DNA of 64,000 nt from Tubiluchus corallicola (taxonomy: Eukaryota; Animalia; Priapulida): assembly GCA_030141605.1 (NCBI GenBank), contig JAQGDQ010000014.1, forward strand, positions 124,001 to 188,000, written 5' to 3'. Below the pieces are notes generated by a model that was not told the DNA's origin, did no database searches, and worked only from the letters and a program-made list of their open reading frames with translations. The translations under genes and the position numbers were made by a program. Shown here piece by piece: positions 25,730 to 39,665 of the stretch. Every line of letters starts with the position of its first letter. Within the stretch, counting starts at the first letter, position 1.

Positions 25730-25985
25730 TAGGTTTGTCACCCTTTCTGATTTATCATGGAGTCTCCTGAAATTCATCTATACACCCGTGGTTCGGTCGG
25801 ATTTTCTGAAGTCCGTCACATTGAAATTTAAGTGGAAAAAACCGAAAATACATCTCGCATGCTATTGAAACATTGCATAAAGCTAAGCTAAGAAGTTTGT
25901 TTGTCAAAAAGACCCCATAAAATGTCTAAAATGCAGAAAATGCGATGGTTTCCTGGGCTCCGTGACAAGACCAGATTCCCTAGCT
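25730..25985. mobile_element. Internally deleted relative of the 18958-19575 MITE
   Basis: Shares gtctcct.aaattc, cacatt.aaatttaagtg.aaaa, gcatgctatt.aa, aaaatgtctaaaat.cag.aaa.gcg with the 18958 copy. Confidence 0.55.
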
Positions 25986-28489
25986 GGTTATACGATACGT
26001 GTGTGTGTGTGCGTGCGTGCGTGCGTGTGTAATATAGTGTATATGTAATGTATCGATCGTACATATATTACTTTTGTACGCTCCATATGCATAGAGTTAT
26101 TAACAGTATATGCAGTATATTGAAACTTCTACAAGTCTGTAAGATAAAAAATGCAAGTCAGTAATTCGAATTGCAGAAACGTTACCAAATTGACGTTTTG
26201 GTCACGTGAAGGCTGTAAATTCTAATGCACATTTACTTTCTAGAACAGTTCAGCAATTGAGTTAATGCGAAATAAAAGGCAATTTTGCGTGAACGAATGA
26301 ATTTTTGCTTGCTTTATAGTCTCTCAGCGGACGAGTTGATTATGTGCAATACTTGTACTGTATTGTAATTATTGACAGAATCACGTGTGCATTGAAATTA
26401 ATGGCACACGCAGACGTCGACCGTCTAATACTTTATTGATTACTAATTACTTGGGTGAGGATGTCATAATTGCAAAACGGTTGCTGGTCGTGTTGCTCGG
26501 TAGTCAGTATTGATGGGTGGAATAGCAACATCCTGAACGGTCCCCTGCCATTTGCGGTTTGAAGGGGCATTTAGTAGCAACTTTGCCGCAATCTTTATTA
26601 CTTTAAATTGACATTAAAGAACAACAGGAAGTGCCGACAGCAACAGAAAGTGCGTCAAATTTTAACTGTCTTGCCGCTGTTCAAATATTTTTGGCACACT
26701 TTGTATATAGTCCCACTAATTATATTAGATTATTGTTACTCGATGTTCTCCTTTTTTATGCTTATCTGTCTTGTTTTTGAAGGCAAACGCTGAAAAATGT
26801 GTCTTATGCAAAGTTCACAATCATAAGCGAGATCACAATACATTATTATCTTGTGTTAACTTCACTATTCGTCTATCCAGTCTGAGTGTCTGTGTACGCT
26901 TGTCTTTAGCTGTGAAAAGTTTATAAGCTTTCATGGCGGCCATGTAACATTAATGGCTTAGCAGTGGTATCTTAAGCCTTGTGACCTGGTAAAGCAGGCA
27001 CTTTAGTGTATAAGCATTGAACTGCATTAATAGTTTTAGTATGACCCTCATACGCGTATAATCTTACATTTCATTTGGTTGGGAATGTACGCAAACGCAT
27101 TCAAAAGATCAAGCGGTCAAAATGCCTTTAAATCTCAAAAACAATCTTTATTCTCCACTAGGATATGAAGTCCGTGAGGAGCGAAAACTTTGGTGAAACA
27201 TAGAGATCATTTTTGAGACCTAAGAGGCAATATTTGTTTATTTTATGACGCTGGCAACCTCAGAAGAGCGAAGTAACTGATGACGTACAATTTTCTACAA
27301 TGTTCACACTCACTCGCAATCGGATACGTAGCTCTCTTTTTGTCACGTTTTCCGCCCTGTGTTTGTTTATTCCAGTGTGTCAAAATATAATCACGTGTTT
27401 TACTTTTTATTTTCCAGACAGCAGTCAAAAGAATTCTTTGCAATTTATCGACCTACAAACAACGTCTTACAAAAACTGTGCAAAACAGGTAACATTATTT
27501 GAAAAACAATTTTCAATTAAATTTGACTGTTTCTACTAGATTTTACAACACTTCACAAAAAGCTTTTACACTGTTATTTTACTTTTTTCAAATTTCTTAC
27601 TGTTATTACTGTTATTGTTCTAACAAAGATTTCTGGACAAATGGACGCACTGCTTGCTTGCCTGCCCTGATTTAAGCATCAGCGCATTCCTGTTGGACTG
27701 AGGCTGTGTAGCAATGCAGTAGCTTATTTGCTAAACTTCACACAATGACAATTTCATCCCACTATTTTCTCCCAAAGGATGAAATAATCATAGCACTATC
27801 GTGTTCTTCGTCACAACAGGGGAAATCTTCCAAGTTTTCACATTTTACACCACTTGGAGACATTAAACTAACATTAAACTTCAGAATTTTCTAGTCAAAC
27901 AAGAAGTGTTTTTCAAAGATGCGAGATTTCCCAAAGGGTGGCCAACAGTATTGAACTGGAGGCAAGACTACAAGGATGAAGCAAACCCATTACACGCACA
28001 GAAATAACCAGTGAACGAGAAAATTCTCTAGCGATTATACCTGCAGCATCTCTGATATACTACTGCTAGCAACTTAAATAACTTCCTATCTTCAAACTAA
28101 AAATTACATAAACACTAAACAGCAATAACATTTGTTTAACATTTTAATTCATTTGATTATAACGTTCATATAAATGGACTAAAAGTATTACTAATGGCTT
28201 CCGTATGCTCGCGAAAAATATTGCTTGTAAAGCGGCTTCAATAAACTGGCGAAAATATTACAAACGGCGTCAATATATCACCCATCATCTAGAAGAAATT
28301 TCAGTCACGTTATTTCTGCTACGTTAATCCAGTTCAATACAGTATTGGGAGTCGTATAATGGCCGCATTGTTCTAATATCAAATCAGGCGTTTTACAACA
28401 GCCAGTATTTGCCGAAGCCATAAATCAGCTGATTACGTTTGGACGAGAAGAGTCAGCATGCGATCACCTGAAAGTTAGAAAAATACTCC

Positions 28490-29110
28490 ACTCGCGAGCA
28501 ACAATCAATGACTCAGCGCAAAATCAAGATGCTATTCAAGAAGACAGAAGTGGAATTTGTTTGGAGGGGGACCACACTCGCCGAGTGGAAAATCAAGATA
28601 CTGCTGAAGGACAGAATGTGAAAAAATGCTACAAGGAAGATGATTGAGCGATGGAAACTGCATGGAGATGGATGGACCACACTCGGCAATAAATGAGACC
28701 ACAGGAGATCAACATGTTGAACAGAGAGACGGAAATTGTATCAAGGAGAAGAGAAATGGGAGGTGGAAACTGCAAGGAAAAGAAATGAACATGCAAACTC
28801 ACCAATAAATGGTCACAGAATATCAAGATGTTGTTGAAGTACAGAGACATGGACATTGTGTGAAGGAGAAGCGCATTGAGTGACGAAAATTGCGTGGCGA
28901 GGGAAGGACCACACCCACCAATAAATTATATAGATATATATAGAAAATCAAAATATTGTTGAAGAAATAGGAATGGAGAAAGAAGAGAAATAGGAGATGG
29001 AAATTGTAAGGACAGAGAATGACCATGCACACTCGCCAATAACTGATGTCACAGAAAAACAAGAGATATGAAAATTGTACAGAGGATGAAGAACCACAGT
29101 CGCCATCGAC
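28490..29110. repeat. Degenerate purine-rich tandem repeat (~115-bp monomer, ~235-bp dimer)
   Basis: Recurring gaccacactcgccaataa, aaatcaagat..tg.tgaag and ggaaattgta motifs at ~28570, 28675, 28795, 28908, 29025 and 29093. Confidence 0.6.
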
Positions 29111-30908
29111 GAACTGAAAGGTGAATGGAAAATAAACGGCGTGAATAAAGTGTTAAAATGATTGTTTATAAAATCATGAGAAGGCACAGTATACAGGTTT
29201 CGTCTTTACGTTTAAATGTAAATATTGGTGTTAATATTCCAGAGAATTAAATGTAAACATTCACGTTTACATTCCAGAGTTTGAATGCACATGATAAATG
29301 TGTACAATGTAAATTCGACAAAATGATCAACATATTTTCGAGTGCTATGTCCAGCTGCCAGACCAAACAAGAATGGAATCACTAATGGGTTTGGGTCCGA
29401 CAGGGAGTCAAACCCATGACCTTTGGATTGTGAATGGCAGAAATATTGGAATTATGCAACTCTTGTTTAGCCAAATGAATTTCCCTGTGGATTGACTACA
29501 AAAAAAGATAGTGCACAAAACGCTCTGACGCTTTACTAGGAACCACATGGAGTGGAAAAGTGAAGAATCTGTTCTGTTAAGGCCTGCGCAATGGCCCGTA
29601 ATATCTTCATGCATTGAGCCTACTATGATGAAAACTGTGGTCTATGATAGCTTCCTACGATAAATGCGATAACAACAACAACATGACCAAGAACTAGGGA
29701 TTCTGCACTTCGTTCGGATCCAAAAAATACGAACACACACATATACGCAAGAACTAAAAAATACATAGTAAAAGGCACTCTAAAATGTAATTTTATTAAT
29801 TTATGGACCGCCCCCCTGGATGTGCTGAAGTCAAGAACTGACGAAAGAGGAAACCCACTTGAACTGCAAGCAGTGTGTTACCATGACAAACACATCGCTT
29901 AGCACGACTGACAATGCCCGGCCAAGACAACGCACCGTACCAGCTATTGAAAGCGGAGGCTTGCACGTTACTTGGAGTAAAACTAAACTATCAAAAGTTG
30001 CAGGCATTCTGCTTCTTATTATGATAAATTAGAAGCAAATCAAGAGAAGGCAACAATGAATTTTCATAACGAGCTTTGCCCGGGAGCCTATAAACATGAA
30101 ATCAAGCATAGACAAGCGAAGCCTAATAAAGGACTGTGTACACAATCTTGCAGAGCCATTTATTCTCTATGTAAACGACTGATTAATTCTAATGTTATAC
30201 ATTGTACTCAGATGAGGACCTAGCTTCTAAACCATGAAGACTGTGAGAGACCCGCTAGGCACGCAGTTAAGTCTGACAGTAATCAATACAACGCGCGAGG
30301 GAATCTGTCTTCGAATTCTTATATTACACGTACTCAGCTTTCAAATCATAGTGCAATTAAAAAGACCAACTTATAATAGCGGCAATTCTTGTTATTCTAT
30401 ATATAACTTTGGCCCCATTTCTTCACATGTAAAGCAAAATATAATGGTTCGTTTTTTGAGCTTTCATATTTATAGTTCTGATGTATTTAATTTGGCACTT
30501 CGCAATACGGATTAAAATTAAAATTATATTAATATTAAGATTACTACTAAGATTAGATTAATAGGCTGGCCTAAGAGCTAACATTACAGTTTGATACAAT
30601 ATAGCCTACCATCTCATATTAGTATAAAATAATGTATATTTTATAAATGTTCTTAACAAATACATAAATAACGTAATTCCTCACTTCCCAACAATGCTGC
30701 AGACTGTAAAACGAGTGTAAGACTAAAAGCAACTAAATGCTGTCACTTGATTCCCTGCGAAGTTGCTTCAGTCCTATTGTTTCGACAAAATTATTTTGTG
30801 CTCTTAACTTGCTTAACAATACACGTATTTCTTTGTTTAAATAAAGAGCGGCACCAATGTTGTGTCTCTCATCTCATATTAACTACCTTCAATATATGCT
30901 AGTCAGCT

Positions 30909-31493
30909 TTAAAGGAAGACAGGATGATTTTTCATATACTACCCCATTTTAATGTCCGGCAAAAATTATACATTTTAACACAATTAATACTGCAAAAGCG
31001 TTTACTGCAAAAAGATAATTAGATACTAGATGAAAACATAATTAACGTTTTTTGGCGAGCCCAACTATTGCGAATTGACGACATTACAAACTAACATAAT
31101 TTTCAACGGCAAAAATATTCCACGAGCGTGTTGCACGTGTTTGCGAAAGTGAAATTTGAAGTACAATGCTACTGTAAGATATTCAGTGTGTTGTACTAAA
31201 ACTAGGCAACGTGTGTAGTTCGTCACAAATGAACACATCTAAAACTGAGAGGTACAACACCTATTTTTCGTGTAATGCGTTTCCTAAATGCAGGTGCTAG
31301 TGCCCGTATAGCTAGCGGATGGCGAATTGCATGTAACAGCAAAGAACTAGTGGCGCGAACGTGAAATTGTGTTTGTGCGGTAATAATTCTTTCAAGTAAG
31401 TCATTTTTGAAAAAATAGTATGTTTCCTTTCAATACTTTAAAGAGTAGATTGTTTTGACCTACAGTTTAAGATTGGGTCCGGTTTTGCTTTAA
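30909..31493. mobile_element. TTAA-flanked non-autonomous DNA transposon (Kolobok-like termini)
   Basis: ttaa-aggaagac ... ggttttgct-ttaa; the last ~200 bp are clearly homologous to 38020-38226. Confidence 0.55.
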
Positions 31494-34400
31494 AGAAGCA
31501 TGCAGCACAGAACTTGGTGTTGGGAGCCAAGTGAAGGCCTAGTTAAGCCTTGAAACTTGATGAAGCATGGTAGTTGCGCATTGCTGCTTTCCTTTCATAG
31601 TAACATCTTATGGGCATTATCCGAAATTTTGCACTAATCACTATACGACTATCATTAAAAGACATCTGAGGGGAAAATTGTGAAAGATTTCAACTATAGA
31701 TAATAAAACTGGTTAACAAAACAGTACCCCATTATTCTCAGCGTTTTCCCTTGAATTGTCATTAACAAATTAGCACTTACAGGACTAGACAAGCATTCCA
31801 CATAGCTCTCTAACTGTGCATTAGACCTAACTAACTATGTCTAACTATGCAACATTACATAACTAAGTAAATGATACAACCAAAATAAACAAGACAGACG
31901 CGTTTACGTGGAACAAACAACATTGGCACCGCCTATTAAACTACACACTATTCTGTTATTTTTGCATGCCTGCTATCTACAGTCTGTCCCAGCTCAAAGC
32001 ATTATTATGTAAATTCGTGATCAACAATAAAACGCAGGGTAGTCATAAAGAGAGCCATTTTGAGTTCAACCAAGCATATGCAAATACACCCTACCACAAT
32101 CATGTCTTCCTAAAATTCGACTGCTAATGTCGTTCCCTAAATGATGTATTGAATTTCATGATTTATGTGAGTATTGCTCGGTAAATGAGGCAGTTGCATA
32201 TATTGTCAAATTAAATCTACAATGATGCGTTCAACTAGAACATTCATAATAAGATAGAAAAATAAAATTTTCGTTATTACTTCACAGTATAAAGTTAATA
32301 CCCTCAGTAATAAAACTCAAATGAGCATTAAGTTGGTGCACTTTGTATTCTATGGTTTCCTAACAGAATGCTGGTTGAGCTCAGCTAACTTCTTGCAAAA
32401 ATATAGAGCACTATAGACAAAGATCGTAACCAGCTACATACCAGACCGCTTAACAGTACTGAATTTGCAACCTCTGGAACTTAGATATGGTATTTTGACT
32501 TGAAAATGGCGTATAAAAATATGTAAAGACCTCGTCTATTTATATTTTGATGAAATTTTTGATTATGTACCGCGGGTAGGCCTTAGAGGCCACAGCTATA
32601 AGTTGCATAAAAATTATTGTAGATTGAATATATTTAAATTTTCCTTTTGGAATAGAGTTGTTGAAATTTGGAGCTCTTTACCACAAGAAATGGTAGGTAC
32701 GAACTCTGTAAAACTATTTGATTCAAAACTAGAAAGTAAGTTTAATGAACTATTGCAAATTTAGCCGCAACAAGTAATTTTGAGGCGCCTGTAAGAGCTT
32801 TTAGCCTTGGTGGCCTTCTCCATTCAACAATCTATTAATAATTTACATATATACTGTAATTACGATTTTATTTTTGTGCAGTTTTTTCTGTAATTGAATT
32901 TTTGGGTTGAAGGAATAAATACAAATACAAATACAATCTCCAACAACTTTCTATAACAAGCTCAATAAGGCAAAAAGCCTGCAGTGAAAGCATGACTGAT
33001 CCAGAAAAATTGAATTTTCGTAACTAAATTATTAGTGCGAAGAGATCCTATTAATGTTGTGCACATAGCAAGTGAAGCAAGGAAACAATTTTCTGGTAAA
33101 TTTTCGGTAGATAAGAAACCAGCCACAGACAGAAGCTGTTACGTATCTATGAAGATCAAGGGGAAAATACGAGAAACAGCACAAGAGTCGATATTCCGAC
33201 CAAACTTTTGGATTTAGGAATTCATAGAGTTTACTTAGAATTCTGAAAACTAAAATCTTTGTCAACACATGTTGCGTGCTGTAATATTTAAAAGTATGTG
33301 TTTTAGCGCTATGTGCTCGCATTAACAAAAATGTATTGTGAGTGCGTTACATATATTCAAGAATAGTAGGTGTGAAAACATGAAACACGTGTGTTAATCG
33401 TTCGTAATGTAGATGTGTCAAAAATATGTTTAACGAGAATGAAAAACAAACATTAAAAGCTAAGTATGGAAAGTTGTAAGTATAAAGGAGTAAAAACAGG
33501 TGACGTGTATGTGTTAAAAATGCAATGTAGCTAACTGCAGTATCAGGGATGTGTCACAAGCATGTCACATGTGTGAAGTCAGTGTAATCACTACTTTAAG
33601 AACAATACAAAACCAAGGTAAAATTCTTAAATATGCGTCATTGTACACGTATTGTTGATCTTCAGAAAAAACTAAAGATGTAATGCAAAAGAGATGATAA
33701 AACGCGTACAAAAGTGCGTGGAACGTAAGAAAACGTGAGCATAATCGCTTGGATTATTCACGCTTAGGCAACCGCGTGAATGCGTTTTAAACGCGCGCGT
33801 AATCGCAAGGATGTCTCAAACCATGGCCCATGTATATCGTACATGCACAACTTACGGACGTACAGCTGAATAATGCACACCCTATTTCGAAAGATTTGGC
33901 GTCTATCTAGGCTTCAGCTAAATTTGTAATAAAACGTATAAAGATCAATTCGAATTCCTATTAGAAAATTGTCTGCGATCTTATCCGTCGGGACATCTAT
34001 ACGGGAGCATAATTCCTTAATAGCTGCGCTCCCTACACGTCAGAGCTTATTAAACTTTAACAAACATCCCACGACTAACTGCTGGTTACCTAGGCAACCT
34101 GCAGCGGAGGACATAAACTGCGATCATGTGTCTGATAAACTTGGAAACAACAGGAAAGTAACTACTAAAAATCTTTTGGAATACATTCGACAACAATCAC
34201 TTCGTTCAAGCAAATGGATTATGCAACATGAACGTATGAGTTCTACGGTCAGCATAACACCATTCTATTTATTTGAACATACTGGGAATTTGCCAGAGTT
34301 TTGTATGTAAGCTGAACAAGGCATTTTACGCATAATCGAAAGTAACTAGACAACCCTTCAAATCAGTCACGCATAAATACCATGACTTATACGTATCAAT

Positions 34401-37400
34401 TTTACATGAATTAGTTATATAAAAATTCTACCAATAGCAGTACTTCTCCAATTTGTTGCAAACCCATTTTACTGTCCTTTTATTAACAAAAGTCTCAAAA
34501 AATTCTTTTGCAATCACTTTGAAATATTTCATTTACATTAACACATGTTTGAACTGTTCATAAATTTCGTTGAAAATTAAATAAGAAATGGTTTGATTCT
34601 TCAAAAATGGGAGCTGAAGTCTGACTAAAAACAAGAACACAATTACTGCAATTTATCGATATAAATTGCACTACGCCTATTATGTTCGATACACCAGTGG
34701 TGTTCTTGTTTTTGAAAGTTGTTTTTCTCTCTCATTTCGTTTCAACACCAACATCGCTTTTGCGTTGCTGCCTAAGAAAGCCTCAAGCTTACAAAGCATT
34801 ACATGGATTTCCTTCTTTCAATATAATGAGATATGACTGTAATCCTACAATCATCTACGTTGAGGAAAAAATCCCACAAACGAACGAAAACGATCAATTT
34901 GGTCTTCCGCGTCCAATATTATGCCAATCCTCAGCTATTCCCTTCGGAAAATGTGCTGTACAATGCTTCCCGCAATGCTCAATAGGTGCAGACACCATGC
35001 AACAACAAGGTAGTTGCTGACAAAATTGCTAAATTCATTCTGTGAAGCCAGTACTCTTGGGATATTGGCTGTGTTGATTATCTATGGTGCTAAAAGTGGC
35101 ACTCTTCTATGATGACTCATACATTTATCAATACATAGTGCCATCACGGATGCATAAAAACAAATTTATTAAAACAGTATCCTTTCTAATCTTTATCTAT
35201 GGACTGTTGCATACAAGCAAAAATACAATGATTGAGGTGGCACTCTTAAATTATCAATATAAATAGTACCACTATGTACACACAAAAGAAATTTAAAATG
35301 ACATTCTTCTACAGGAGACGTTGGGAATTTGGGGTTCTTAGATTTTTTTGGAACATAGAGAGCACGTTTGAATGTGCTGCCTAAGGAGAGATGTTCAGCT
35401 TTGGTCTGTTATTATTCTAGCGAAATTGTGCATATTTTCTGATTCGACTGGGTTTGGGGATAAAGAGAAAAACCCAAATCCTGGTGAGCTTTCTGAAGAC
35501 TCTGGATGTAGTGTGGCTGTATGAGGTATTGAAAACGTGTGTGGCCTTAACAAATTGTGCTACCACACACAAAAAGCAATGATTCAGAAGCCTACATAGT
35601 AACAGTACACAGCTGGAAACGTCGCCCATCCCATCAGTGATGTGATTCAAAATTATCTAACATTTATTTGCAAAGAAAATTTGGTATATACTATATATTA
35701 AGAACGAAATTTGTTACGTCTAATACTGCAAGAAGTGAAAAAAATACAAATAATAGTAAATATAAATGGCAGTTTCTTCATCATCATCATCATCTCCATC
35801 TGAAACATCATATTCGTGCTCGTCATTTATGTAGATCAGATATGTGTCATCAGAACTATCATCATCAGATTCAGACTCATCATCATCATCATCGTCCGAT
35901 TCAGATTCGAAGTCGCTGCCGTCTTCGCTGTTGCCATCATCATCGTCACCAGCTTGCTTTGTTTCGAGGAAGCTAAAAGGAACCTGCTTCAGGTTACAAA
36001 AATGGGAATGAATGCAGATCATATTCTATTTGGTTACACTTCCAGCACACATGTCTGCTGTAGCTAAAGAATGTATATTCATTTTCAGAAACGCTTCAGA
36101 AATGAGAAAAATAGTTGAAAACAAAAGGGATCTAAATATTAGAACATGTCGAGAAGTGAAACTGAAGGCTGACTGAGCTTTAACCACAACGTTAATATCG
36201 CATCTCAAATAAATAAAAATGGGAGTATCCTCGGAATTTCATGACCAATCCATCATCTATCAAAGAGTGTCAACAGATTAATAGCTATAAACATCACAAA
36301 GCATGTAGTCAAGGGATACTGTTTTACTTAGAAACAATTTATTATGCAACATTTTATGAATATGAAGGCTGAAAACCAAAACCAGTTGGGTGCAAAATAT
36401 CAGGTTAGAGAATAGAGAATAGAGCATAGATCCCAAGTACTATAGTATTATAAAGTTTTGCAGATTTTACAAATATTTTATAAGAATGCAGATAGTAGAG
36501 AAAAAGTGAAAAGGCCATTAATAACAGGGAAACTCGCATCTACTGTTAGGGAGGGTCACTAGTATTGCCAAAATTGAGTTGGTGCATCATTATGGCAATT
36601 ACTGCAGCACAGTCTAAAGTTTTGCAAACTGTTCATATTAATAAAATTGTCTAGATAATTTGCATACTAGTAAAATTAATTTCAGGACTGCAAAATTTTA
36701 AGTTACGAATACATTCTTGATCTCCAATTACAACGTGGCAATCTGCCAAGCAATTTAAAAGCATGTCTACAAATCTTAATGATCCGTTAGGGTTTAGGCA
36801 CAAAAATGATATACAAATAGCATTGATTATGCTGGACATTTATTTTACTTGTTCCTACGAAAAGAAGTCATCTTCAATATTATGACAATGCCATCTTTTA
36901 CCAAAAATTTTTGTCTCATAAGAGTGTAGTTTTAGTCATTGTAAATATTAAATTGAATTCATAAGATCAAATGAATTCGTAATTAATTCTTGCAGAACTG
37001 ATGTGGCAAAGCACTTCATAGCCAATACTCGGACCAAGACTAAGGACCACCATAACAGATTATACTAAACTTTTAAGCTCAATTTTTATCGTCAAAAGGA
37101 AATTCAAACAACATATTTTTGAAAATTACTAACTGTCTTAGCTTATTAGTGCAGTTTCTAGTTATTTGTTGTAATATTTATAGATAATATAATAATCTAT
37201 AAACAACCATTACAGTACTGTTTTTAGCTCTGTGTCACTTTATCTTCTTCTTCTTCTTCGTGATAATGTGTTAGCTTCATCAAATTGAAGGCTCTAAGAC
37301 ATGACAGTGCTCTCAGCTTATCATGAATGTCATGCTAACGTAAAACTTCATCCAGTGCAAATAAAAATAGTTTACAGTGGTGCATAATAAAAAAGGTAGA

Positions 37401-37479
37401 AATATCCCCAAGCTCCCTGAGTATGGGTGCCAAACCCTATACCACATTCAACATATAGCGGAGTACCTTAATCCTGTTT

Positions 37480-37680
37480 AGATCAAGCATATGGCACTCG
37501 TGAACAGGTTGAGAATGTCAAGCTGGACTGTTGTCTTTGGTAGGAGGTTCCATTCACTTACGGTGCATGGCGAGAAAAGAATAAAGGCGATAATCGCACG
37601 CAAGAAGAATATGGTATGTTGTATGCAAAAGAATTCTCCGTACGTGAAGAAATAGTGTTACATTTTGGCTAGCTATATCT
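37480..37680 (-). pseudogene. LINE ORF2 3'-end remnant
   Basis: Reverse strand encodes ILFSPCTVSEWNLLP, resembling the FFPRTxxEWNxLP C-terminal LINE motif. Confidence 0.45.
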
Positions 37681-37989
37681 ATCTTTGCCTATCTCCTTGT
37701 CTATACTTTCAATTTTTTCACATTCTTCTTTCCTTTCTCCGCATACCACGGGGTGCTTTACATAAGTATATTCACTTAACTGTTCAGCATTTTATAAGCA
37801 TATTGCACATGTTGCAAAAGCAAAAATTGAAGTACAGTGCTGCTGTATAAGACGCAGTGCCATACTGCAAATTAAAATTCGGTAAGTTTTAAGACAAAAA
37901 TTCAGATCTCAAATTTACTTCTGTGCTCACGCATGAGCTCTCGCTTGTGTGCACTACATCACAAAAGAGCGTCTCTGAACTGACAGGTA

Positions 37990-38227
37990 CAGCGCCTGTT
38001 TTTTGTGCAACACATTTCCAAAATGCAGGCGCTAGTACACATCTAACTAACGAATCGTGAAACACATAAAACAGTGAAGAACTAGACGTGCGAACACGAA
38101 ATTACTTTTGCGTGGTAATAGTTCTTTCACGTATATGATTCTCGAAAGAATAGTATGTTCCCTTTCAATATTTTAAAAAGTAGATTGTTTTGACATGCAG
38201 TTTAAGATTGGGGCAGGTTTCCTTTAA
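37990..38227. mobile_element. 3' part of the same family as 30909-31493
   Basis: aaatgcagg.gctagt...aagaactag...ggtaata.ttctttca...agtagattgttttgac...cagtttaagattggg...tttaa shared between the two copies. Confidence 0.65.
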
Positions 38228-39229
38228 GCACTAACCGAACCATAGATTCTAACCTACCCAAATGTGGTTCTTATCTAAATTGTAGATACTACTTTTATTT
38301 AGCATGCGTTAACCTAATATAAGTACATATTTATCTGAAAGTTCTTAAAAATTGAAAATAGCTGATGATCACCAGTGATGCTTTAACAAACCAATTTTAG
38401 ACTATCTTAATCTAGAGTCTAGACAGTATTTTGCAATGAACAGCAATTTTACTAAATGTTGACATGAAGCCATGATTTCGTCCATTAATATAAATTATAA
38501 ACTGCTATGTTCTCTCACTAAAATTATTAAACAAGCACATTACATTGAAATGACATAGCAATACATATTTTCGACTTTTCTGATACTCTAGTTATCAAAT
38601 AAGGTATTACTTATGTTCTAAGTAAGGCTTATTGCAAAATGCATTTAGGTAACTAGTTTAACTATTAAGTCACTGTAATAAGTAAGTATGTAAGTTTTTT
38701 ATTACCAATATACAATATATTCATTACAAGAATCAATATTATTAAAAAACAAAACAAAATGGCATGAAGATTAATAATTTACAAAAATTAAATAATGTGT
38801 TGACTGGTGAAAGGATGGCGAATTAAAAGTTACCAAAGTCAACCACTACTGGATTTCTGCAGATAAGCATATGTCACGTGACGCTCTTGTTGTCTTTGAT
38901 TTTTTTCAAAACTGAGCACCCAAAATTATGAAATAATATATTTAATTTTACTGACGTAATTAAATGTGCTGCCTATAAATAACAAAGTTATTTTCAACAA
39001 GCAATGTTATTACTACAGGGACATATTACGTGCAATCCACATAAGTTTTTCAAATACATACACGTACTAACACTTCACATTTATCTTTTGATTTTGTACC
39101 ACAATAAAAACTCATTTCACTGTTCATCTAACTGAAAATTTATAATGCAGTCATATCATAGCTTAGTGGAATCATAATTGTGGTTGTGCTCCTTCCCCTC
39201 ATTGCTTTAAAAATTAGTTTCATTCTCCA

Positions 39230-39555
39230 TTTAACATTTAGTTCCTTTCTCCGTTGTTTACTTGCTTGTGAAGTATCATATGGGTGAAATAAAATTCTTG
39301 TCATGGTAACAGTCACAGTAATTGTAAAAACAAAATCAAAGTTTTCTCATTTTATAATTTAACTTTTGTTTCCTGCACCATCATCTTTTTCACTGTTGTG
39401 TTTTATTTTTATTAAACCTACAATTTGTATGAAAATACAGGAGATGACCCTTTGGTCCCTTCCCTGGGACACAATTAAAATTACATTTATTTAACATTGA
39501 ATTAACACTATTGCTGTAAATGACACTGGAGAGTCAAATGTTCTATGTTCTATAA
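39230..39555 (+). mobile_element. Old 3'-UTR remnant of a LINE related to 41740-45859
   Basis: caggagatgaccctttggtcccttccctg and the tail aaatgttctatgttctat match the 3' hairpin and (ctatgt)n tail of the long element. Confidence 0.5.
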
Positions 39556-39646
39556 TGCATTAAAAATATTCAACATTTTAGCAAATGTCATGGCATAACG
39601 TATTCACTTGCCATTATGAAGAGGTGGTTAAGCAAAAGCAAATTAC

Positions 39647-39665
39647 CTTCTCTTCTCACTGGCAT
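39647..39665 (-). CDS. dlg1: Discs large first coding exon (MPVRRE)
   Basis: ATG CCA GTG AGA AGA GAA G|gtaatt; matches the DLG1 N-terminus MPVRKQD; phase 1 joins the L27 exon; an upstream acceptor tttgcag at 39688 implies a further 5'UTR exon. Confidence 0.85.

Noticed and set aside
24711-35266. Numerous 60-113 aa ORFs in the Dlg intron
   Set aside because: No recognisable motifs, many with non-ATG starts, lengths expected by chance.
35668-35976. His-rich protein on the plus strand
   Set aside because: Antisense reading of the (GAT)-rich acidic tract; no independent support.
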